This document shows, one piece after another, positions 56,255 to 64,000 of a stretch of DNA of 64,000 bases. The position numbers were made by a program, and so were the translations under genes. Within the stretch, counting starts at the first letter, position 1. Each line of letters starts with the position of its first letter. Origin of the DNA: an uncultured Phycisphaerales bacterium (GTDB taxonomy: Bacteria; Planctomycetota; Phycisphaerae; Sedimentisphaerales; Anaerobacaceae); assembly GCA_963772725.1 (NCBI GenBank), contig CAVYYI010000001.1:1248001-1312000 (forward strand). Direction: 5' to 3'. The notes beneath the pieces are model-generated. The model was not told the origin of the DNA, made no database searches, and saw only the letters and a list, made by a program, of their open reading frames with translations.

Positions 56255-56923
56255 TCATCCTTTCTTTTTAACGGTCTTTTGACCTGCCGTTTTAGTCTTC
56301 TTAGCGGCAACTTTGACTTTGGCCAATTCGCTCTGGCTTCGTAACAAAACGTAAAACTCGTAGGCTTTTTGAGCAGAAATCTGCCGCGTTAAAAATCCTT
56401 CTATCTCTTCCTCATTAGCCTCGGGATGAACAATTTCATTTTTTTTCAGATATTCGAGCATTTTTTTTGTAAGCGGTATCGCGTGTCCGCCGAGCGACGT
56501 GAGCATACAGTAATCCGCAACAAATTTGCTGCCTCCGACAATATCCTCAACAATTTTCCTGGCTGGTCGTTTCCCGAGTTTTTTCAGCGATTCCAAACTG
56601 ATACGATTGTGCTTTTCAAATATGTCCCCTAACAGCTTTTTAAGTGTCGCGGCTGTTTCGCCAGCAGTGGGATTATCCTTGCCAAGCATATCAACTATGT
56701 CTTCCGCGGATGATACCCGAAGGTCATTAAGATCAACAAAGTTTTCTTCAAGTTTTTTGGCGGCAATTTCATAATCTGCCAATGACATATTCTCGCTGAT
56801 TATTCCGTGAACTATCGCCTTAACGGGGTCGTCATATTTCACCACGGAAGGTTTCGGATAAGTGTTCTTTAGCTGACTATAAAGTTTTTTCAATTTGTTA
56901 GAATACTCTTTGCTGTCTTTCAT
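56255..56923 (-). CDS. HhH-GPD/endonuclease III-like protein
   Basis: FVDLNDLRVS, VADYCMLTSLGGHAIP; no 4Fe-4S cysteines. Confidence 0.55.
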   Translation of the reverse strand: MKDSKEYSNKLKKLYSQLKNTYPKPSVVKYDDPVKAIVHGIISENMSLADYEIAAKKLEENFVDLNDLRVSSAEDIVDMLGKDNPTAGETAATLKKLLGDIFEKHNRISLESLKKLGKRPARKIVEDIVGGSKFVADYCMLTSLGGHAIPLTKKMLEYLKKNEIVHPEANEEEIEGFLTRQISAQKAYEFYVLLRSQSELAKVKVAAKKTKTAGQKTVKKKG

Positions 56924-56970
56924 AAGCGGCAAAGCCTTTTAATTAAGTTGTTTATTTTTCTGTTTCCTGT

Positions 56971-57357
56971 TTATTGTTTATTGTTTATGTCCGCATCTTT
57001 ATCTTTAATTTCGCCTGCTGCCTGTTCTATTATTCGCAAGGTTTCCAGCGTTTTCTTAAACTTCTCATCTTTATGAAAACGCAGCACCGGACAATATCTG
57101 CTTTGTAAACTGCTCCCGAGCAGAGATTGAATTCTGCTCCTGGCATGAGATATTGCAACAAATGTTTTTTCCTGCATCACCTCATCGCCGCCGAAAATAC
57201 TCATATAGACATCGGCAATTTTCAAATCCGGAGTCATTTCGACTCTCGTAATACTCACAAAACCCTCAATGCGAGGGTCACTGAGGTGCCTGGTAACAGC
57301 CTCACTGACGACCTGTCTGATAATACTGCTGAATTTTTCCTGACGCCTGGACTGCAT
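56971..57357 (-). CDS. rbfA: Ribosome-binding factor A
   Basis: LSDPR, ITRVEMTPDLKIADVY, PVLRF. Confidence 0.95.
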   Translation of the reverse strand: MQSRRQEKFSSIIRQVVSEAVTRHLSDPRIEGFVSITRVEMTPDLKIADVYMSIFGGDEVMQEKTFVAISHARSRIQSLLGSSLQSRYCPVLRFHKDEKFKKTLETLRIIEQAAGEIKDKDADINNKQ

Positions 57358-57384
57358 AAATATTATTCTTTATCCCTTATAAAA

Positions 57385-59985
57385 TTAAAGCGTCCTTGCC
57401 ACTTCAATAATTTCGACAAAATCAAAAATATCGCCAACCTTAATGTCATCAAAGTTTGCAATTTTGATTCCGCATTCCAATCCGGCCTTAACCTCACGGG
57501 CATCGTCCTTGAAGTGTTTCAATGTTTCTATACTCAAATCATCTGCGCACCACAATATTGTCGCGAATGAGACGAATGTTCGCTTTTTTCTTCGCCACTC
57601 CGTCATTAACATGGCAGCCGGCGATTGTTCCGACTTTTGAAATCTTAAATGTTTCTCTTACTGACGCCCTTCCGATAACCTTCTCCTGCTGTTCCGGTTC
57701 AAGAAGCCCAACCATAGACTTCTTAAGATCCTCAGTTATTCGGTAAATGATGGTATAGAGTCTTATATCCACGCCTTTCGCCTCGGCTATTTTTGCCACA
57801 TGTTCTTCGGTAACAACATTGAATCCGATGATGATAGCGTTAGATGCCTCCGCAAGGACAACGTCGCCTTCGCTTATGCCGCCGGGTGCGGCGTGCAGAA
57901 TCTTAATCTTGACTTCGTCTGTACTAAGCTCCGAAAGATATTTTATTAAAACATCGACCGAACCCTGGACGTCAGCGCGAATTATCAAATTTAATTCTTT
58001 GACCTTGCCAGCCTCAATCTGGCTGAATAGATTGTCGAGGGTAACCTGAGTGCGTTTTGCCAAAGCGACCTCGCGGGACAAGACCTGATTTTCTTCGGCG
58101 GCGGCTTTGGCTTTGTTAATATCGTCGAGACAATAAAATTTGTCGCCTGCCTGCGGAACTTCGCTTAAACCCGTTATTTCCACAGGCATTGAACTTGTCG
58201 CGGCTTTGATGCTCTTTCCGAAACTGTTTTTCATTGATTTTACTCTGCCGTATGACCGTCCAGCCAGAATAACATCGCCTTTGTTCAGTTGTCCCTCTTT
58301 AACGAGGAGCGTTGCGGTTACTCCCTGCTGCGAGGACATCTTAGCCTCGACAACCCATCCCGTTGCGGGAATTGTATCATCGGCACGCAGTTCAAGCAGT
58401 TCCGCAACATAATCGAGGTGTTCGAGCAAATCGTCAATTCCGACGCCTGTAACCGCGCTGGTTTTTACAACTTCGGTAGTTCCTCCCCACTCAGCGGGAG
58501 CCAAATTATGTTCAGATAATTGGGAATAAACGCGATTAATATCGCAGCCTGGCAAATCTGATTTTATTCAGCGCAACAATAACCGGAACATTGGCCGCTT
58601 TGGCGTGGTTTATAACTTCAACAGTTTGCGGCATGACGCCGTCGTCGGCGGCAACTACGAGGACGACGACATCTGTCATATTAGCGCCGCGAGCTCTGCA
58701 TGGCGGTAAATGCTGCGTGGCCCGGGGTGTCGAGGAATGTAACCTTGTGATTATCTCTTACAACCTGATATGCGCCAATGTGTTGTGTTATACCGCCGGC
58801 CTCTCCGGCGGCTACCTGTGTGGAGCGGATTCTGTCCAAAAGACTGGTCTTGCCGTGGTCAACGTGGCCGAGGACAGTAGCGATAACGGAACGTTTCTTG
58901 AGACTCAACCTTTGGCGTTTTTCAAACTCTTCTTTTATCTGCTCCTCGAGTGTTTTTTTACGTTCGACGATTAATTCTACGCCAAATTCAATGGCGACAA
59001 GTTCGGCGACTTCGGTGCTTATAGCCTGATTTGCGGTCACCATTACACCCTGCTTCATCAAAGAGTAGATAATATCAGATGATTTAACACCCATGGCGGC
59101 GGACAAATTTTTAACGATAATCGGCTCACTGACAAGTGCTTTTTCGGGTTTAACCACAGGAGCGACTTCAGCCGGCTGGGATGTGGAAATCTTTCGTACA
59201 GGTCTTAATCGAGTTCCTGTTCTACCAGCGGCATTTAACCTGGCTTGTCTTTCCTCCATGTCTCTTTGGCGGCGATGGCTAACAAACTTGGCCTTTCTTT
59301 CCGCATCAAAATCGGGTCCCTCTTTTCTGCGGCCAGAGGTCTTTTCTTTGTGCCTGCCAGCAACTTTTTTATCTTTGACCGCCGGGCCACCAGTCAAAAC
59401 ATCTTCAGATTCATCATACATCAGAGGTTCGGTGGGCAGCATGTTGGTTTTATTTCTATACTTTGGTCTTGGCGCCAAGCGATGTTCCGGTTCCGGCGCC
59501 TCAACACGAACAATCTGCGGACCGCTAAGTTTCGCGGGTTCAGGTTTTTCAAGCATAGGCCCTGCGGGAACAATATGTTCAGGCTCAGGGATTATTTCTT
59601 TGACTGTCGGAAGAGGCTCAGAAGTCTGCGCAGCGGGGATAGGCATTTCTTCGGCGACAGGCGTTCCGCTTAAAGCTGGCGGATTGGTCACAACTTCAGG
59701 GACAATTTCACCCTTCTGGTCTTGCACTTGAGTGGGTTGCTCGGCCTGCTCTTCTGTTTTTTTCTTTCTGACACGAACTTTTTTCAAATCGACTTTTTCA
59801 GTTGTTTCGACGGCGGAAACATTTAACCCTTCGCTGAACCATTCGCGAATGGTAGCGGCCAGTCCCGCAGAAATTACCGCCATGTGGTTTTTAATGTCCA
59901 GACCCTCATCCTGACATTTTTTTACAATGTCGCCGCTGTTAACCCCAAGTTCCTTAGCCAAAATATATATTCTTGTGGTAGCCAA
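57385..59985 (-). CDS. infB: Translation initiation factor IF-2 (frameshifted)
   Basis: [36 protein letters not shown]. Confidence 0.97.
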
Positions 59986-60039
59986 AATATCTCCACTTCT
60001 TAAAAGGCGTAAGAATTTTCGCCTTCAAAAAACCTGCAA

Positions 60040-61254
60040 TTATTCGTTACTTTTCCCTTCTACCTGGTTTTTGAGTATGGTTTCAGCCGTTTTGGCGCGC
60101 CTCGGCGGCAAGTTTTTTAGCTTCCAGAGAGGCTGCCCAACTACCGCCTGCGCGACCTGTGGCGAAATACCAAGCTCTTTAATCAGCGGCTCAGTTCCGA
60201 CATCTTCCATATCCAGAACGGAAATAATACCAATGGCAATGAGCTTATCGACCAAGGTATCGTCAGCATCTTTTACGCTCTTAACGCAGTTAGTCAGCCG
60301 TTCGACACCCTGGTTGTACTCTTCCGGAGTGAGGATGTCTATGTCCCAGCCTGTGAGCCTGGCGGCAAGGCGAACGTTTTGGCCGTGCTTACCTATGGCA
60401 AGGCTGAGCTGGTCGTGCGAAACCACAACCGTGGCTCGCGATAATTCGAAGCATAAAGCAATCTCGCTGACCTTTGCGGGCATCAATGCGTTAGAAATCA
60501 GAACCTGCGACGATTCGTCCCATCGTACAATATCTATTTTTTCGCCGCCAAGTTCGTCAACGATATTTTTAATCCTGCTGCCCCTGACGCCGACACATGC
60601 ACCCACAGGGTCAACTTTATTATCGAGCGTGGCAACAGCGACTTTTGTTCGATAACCCGCCTCTCTGGCCAGCGCCCGAATTTCAACAACATTTTCAGCG
60701 ATTTCTGGCACTTCCAGTTCAAACAATTTACGAATAAACTCCGGGTGGGTTCGGGACAGGAAAATTTTGACCTGGCTGGATTCCTCTTTTACTTCGATGA
60801 TAAGACAGCGAATCCTCTCCCCTGGCCTGTGAGTCTGGCCCATAATCTGCTCAGATTTCGGCATAAAACCTTCCGCGCAATGATTGAGTCCTACAATCAG
60901 AGTACCGCTCTCGTAACGTACAACCGAACCTGTAACAATCTCACCTTTTCGCTGGACAAATTCGGAATAGATGCTTGTGCGTTCGTCGGCTCTTATTTTT
61001 TGAATCATAACCTGCTTAGCGGTTTGGGCAGGAATGCGTCCGAGACGTTTTATATCAATCTGGGCATCGTCCTTGAAAGCGGTCAACTCGCCGGTATTTC
61101 GGTCGATGTGTACCACTATTTTGCTCTCCGGCTCAGCGAAGTGCTTCCTCGCCGCCGAGACCATCGCTTCTTCCAAGTCAACGAAAATGGATTCCTTATC
61201 GATGTTCTTGTCCCTTGCGATATTATCGACAATTCTAATCAATTCAGCATTCAT
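60040..61254 (-). CDS. nusA: Transcription factor NusA
   Basis: GRIPAQTAKQ, AREAGYRTK, DPVGACVG, AIGKHGQNVRLA. Confidence 0.97.
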   Translation of the reverse strand: MNAELIRIVDNIARDKNIDKESIFVDLEEAMVSAARKHFAEPESKIVVHIDRNTGELTAFKDDAQIDIKRLGRIPAQTAKQVMIQKIRADERTSIYSEFVQRKGEIVTGSVVRYESGTLIVGLNHCAEGFMPKSEQIMGQTHRPGERIRCLIIEVKEESSQVKIFLSRTHPEFIRKLFELEVPEIAENVVEIRALAREAGYRTKVAVATLDNKVDPVGACVGVRGSRIKNIVDELGGEKIDIVRWDESSQVLISNALMPAKVSEIALCFELSRATVVVSHDQLSLAIGKHGQNVRLAARLTGWDIDILTPEEYNQGVERLTNCVKSVKDADDTLVDKLIAIGIISVLDMEDVGTEPLIKELGISPQVAQAVVGQPLWKLKNLPPRRAKTAETILKNQVEGKSNE

Positions 61255-61718
61255 CGTGTTTTTTTCTTCCTTAAAAAACCAAAAAAAAATGGAAACCATC
61301 GCCTGTTTCCACTTCGCACCCGAAAAGCAGTTCCCGGCAGGCCGGGATAGTCTTTTTTTATACCACTATACCAGCCGCCTCCTTATAACTATTCCGCCAA
61401 AGGCGGATTTTCCGATACTGAAGCGGAAACATCATCTCTGCGGCCACCATTCGCGAGAAAAATCGTCGCGGCAAGTAAACTATTACTTTACTTCGCACGG
61501 TCAGCTCGTCCTGTTAACACCATTCCAAATACCTCTAAACTTAACTTTTGGCAGCCTTGTTATTCTTCATTAACTTTACAAAACCGTAATTATAGCTCAA
61601 ACCTTACCATTGTCAACGATAATAACCTTTTTATAAAATTTCTTGAATTTGAACAAAATACCGCATTCCCGCATAAAAAACGCGTAAACTCGACTGTAAA
61701 TCCATGCATGGAAAATGC

Positions 61719-64000
61719 TTATTGAACTTTTCCAGCGGATATAACCGTAACATCGGCGATTTTTTCGAGGTCGGTTTTAATCCTTTTGGCGTCGCCGGCG
61801 ACCACAATAACCATTGTGTCAGGCTGGACAGTACCCCTGACTAATCTTTCGCAATCGCTTTTGTTCGTCTTTGCGACACCAGCCAAAAGTCTTTCGAGAT
61901 AATCGGAACCAAGTCCCTGCGATTCAATCATCCATAAATCGACAGCAATCTGCTGAGGGGTCTCGCGGTCTTTGACGAAGCTGCCAAGGATGTAAGATTT
62001 GGTGTTGTCGATTTCGTTATCTGACGGGGGTGTGGTTTTAAGCCTGTTGATTTCATCGAGAACGGCCTGGACGGCCTGCGTGGTCGATTCGGTCTTTGTG
62101 AATGTCCCGATTTCAAAATCACCGGCGAACCGCTGGGCGACGAAACTTCCCCAGATGCCGTAGGTCAAACCTTTCGTGACCCTCACGCTTTCATTTAGCC
62201 TGCTGTCAAAACCCCAGCCGAAATAGCCGCTGACAACCCTGCTGGCGAAATATCTCTCGTCGCCACGGGTAATGCCGAGCTGTCCGACGCGAATCTGACT
62301 CTGTATGCTGCCTGGAATATCAACGAGGTATATCATCGTTTTGTCTGGTTTAGTGCGCCTGAGGCAGTTTAGTTACAGGCTTTTGCCCCCGCACTTTCCA
62401 GTTGCCGAACTTTTCTTTGGCAAGCTTTACAGCCTGCGATTTGTCGATATCGCCCGCGAATATCAGCACGGCCATATCGGGCCTGGCATACATGCCCCAC
62501 CATTTTTTCAGGTCGTCAACTTTAAGCAAGTTTACATCGTCTATTTCGCCCGTTGCCGTTCGCGAATATGGATGTTGCCCGTACAATACATGCCGAAATT
62601 CCCTCTCGGCGATATATTCCGGCTCGGCGGTTGTTATCGCAAGAGACGCAAGGGACTGCCTGCGAAGCTTTTCGAATTCATACGCGGGGAAATTAGGCTC
62701 CAGTACAACCTCGCCCATCAGTTCAATTGCCCTGCCGATGTAATGCGTCAGACATCCGGCGGTTACCATGCTTGTATCCATCTCGCCGCTGCCGTTGAGA
62801 CTTATCGCGTAAGTTTCCAGTTCATCGACCAACTGGCCTTCGCTGTGTTTATTTGTTCCCTTGGTCAGCATCTGCATCGTCATCGCCGCCGTACCCGGCA
62901 TACTTTCCGTCCAGCGCTGCTAAAAGCCCCATCTGCACGCTCACGAATGGAACCTCATGGTTGGGGACGACGAGAACCTTTAGCCCGTTATCCAGTACGG
63001 TGCTGCTGTATTCAGGTGTTAGCCTGTCGGGCAGGGATTTCGCAAAAGGTGCTTGCCTGGGAAAATCAGGACTGGGAACCTCTCCGAGCCTGCCGGACGC
63101 GGGTGGTATAGTTTCTTTTTTGCCGGTTATCGGAGGCTCATTGTCCGCTCTTTCCTGACCGTCGGGTATATGCCTGTCAACCTTGACCTTTAAAATCCGC
63201 TCAGTCGTCAAATAGCTGCTGGCAACTCGCATAATATCGGCTGCGGTAACTCGCTCTATCCTCACCATCTGGCGATTGACCTGCGAAACATCTTCCATAT
63301 CAACCGCTGCTTCGCCGAGCGAGGCGGCTTTTCTGTCCACCTTTAGATTTTGCGTTACTAAATTCCGCAGCAACTGGTTTTTCGCCTTAGTCAGTTCGCG
63401 CTGGCTGACAGACTCTGTTCGCAGAATTTCAATATGCTTTTCCATAATTCCCAGAACGGTGTTCGGGTCGCCGCCGACAGGAGGTAATCCCGCCGCCGCC
63501 CCAAAAACGCCGTCCTGTTCAAGAGACCAGGAATAGGCCTTCGTGAAAACCGCAGCCTGCTTTTGTGCCACAAGCTCGCGATACAGCCTGCTGCTGTTCC
63601 CGCCGCCAAGTATCTCTGCAATAACATCGAATACAACGGTGTTCGGGTCGCGCAAAGGCACAGTCCGATACACAACTCCAACGCCCGGCAGCGGCGCATT
63701 ATTCTGTTTAATCTTCACTAACGGACGGTTATTCATCTCCGGCTCACGAACCGTTATACGGTTCGGCTCCTGGTAACGAGGTATCCATCCGAAATATTTC
63801 CGGGCAAACTCCTGTGCCTTTTCATTTTTTACGGCCCCGACAATTATCAGCGTCGTGTTGCTCGGCACATAATACCGGTTCCAGAAATCACGCAGCTCCG
63901 GCACCGAGGAGGCTCGCAAATCCGCGATATTGCCTATCGGCGTCCAGCGATAGGGGTGAACCTTGAATATTTCCGCGGCAAGTTTCTTTTCGAGCGTGCC
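61719..64000 (-). CDS. M16 (pitrilysin-like) peptidase, partial and frameshifted
   Basis: HPYRWTPIG, LGGGNSSRLY, LDNGL, SRLNESVRVTKGLTYG. Confidence 0.88.

Noticed and set aside
61255..61620. rimP gene or a defined leader RNA upstream of nusA
   Set aside because: No RimP-like ORF; a few short hairpins only, not enough to call an RNA.
59093..63111. Long plus-strand ORFs (e.g. 59093-59731, 59927-60655, 60745-61350, 62305-63111)
   Set aside because: Antisense shadows of infB, nusA and the M16 peptidase with no recognisable motifs.

Overview
Bacterial chromosomal window, probably from a planctomycete of the Phycisphaerae/Sedimentisphaerales type. This is an inference from the GLUG protein with a dockerin-like tail, the PEP-CTERM protein and the EF-P loop type. 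Housekeeping content: pgl, purE, waaF, groES/groEL, mutS, efp, hisG, rbfA-infB-nusA, an RND efflux operon, LPS/glycogen enzymes and an M16 protease. Many genes, including essential ones, are broken by 1-nt indels, most simply explained as long-read consensus errors. Accessory content: (i) a defence cassette at 4.2-7.9 kb (MTase-Mrr fusion, GIY-YIG/RAMA protein, HEPN protein) bracketed by inverted clusters of short repeats; (ii) an intact IS982 next to a 10 x 21-bp palindromic array; (iii) a 6.7-kb satellite-like integrative element in tRNA-Glu(TTC); (iv) an orphan phage-type replication gene pair. The strongest candidate for a new system is (iii). Its 28-bp att core lies inside the integrase reading frame, so excision would swap the integrase C-terminus (3 aa replaced by 65 aa) and couple the integrase to an operon of three related microproteins and a TerS-like gene. 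The element also carries a candidate pseudoknot leader RNA, iterons and a probably leaderless HTH regulator. All family assignments come from motif recognition by eye, not database searches.
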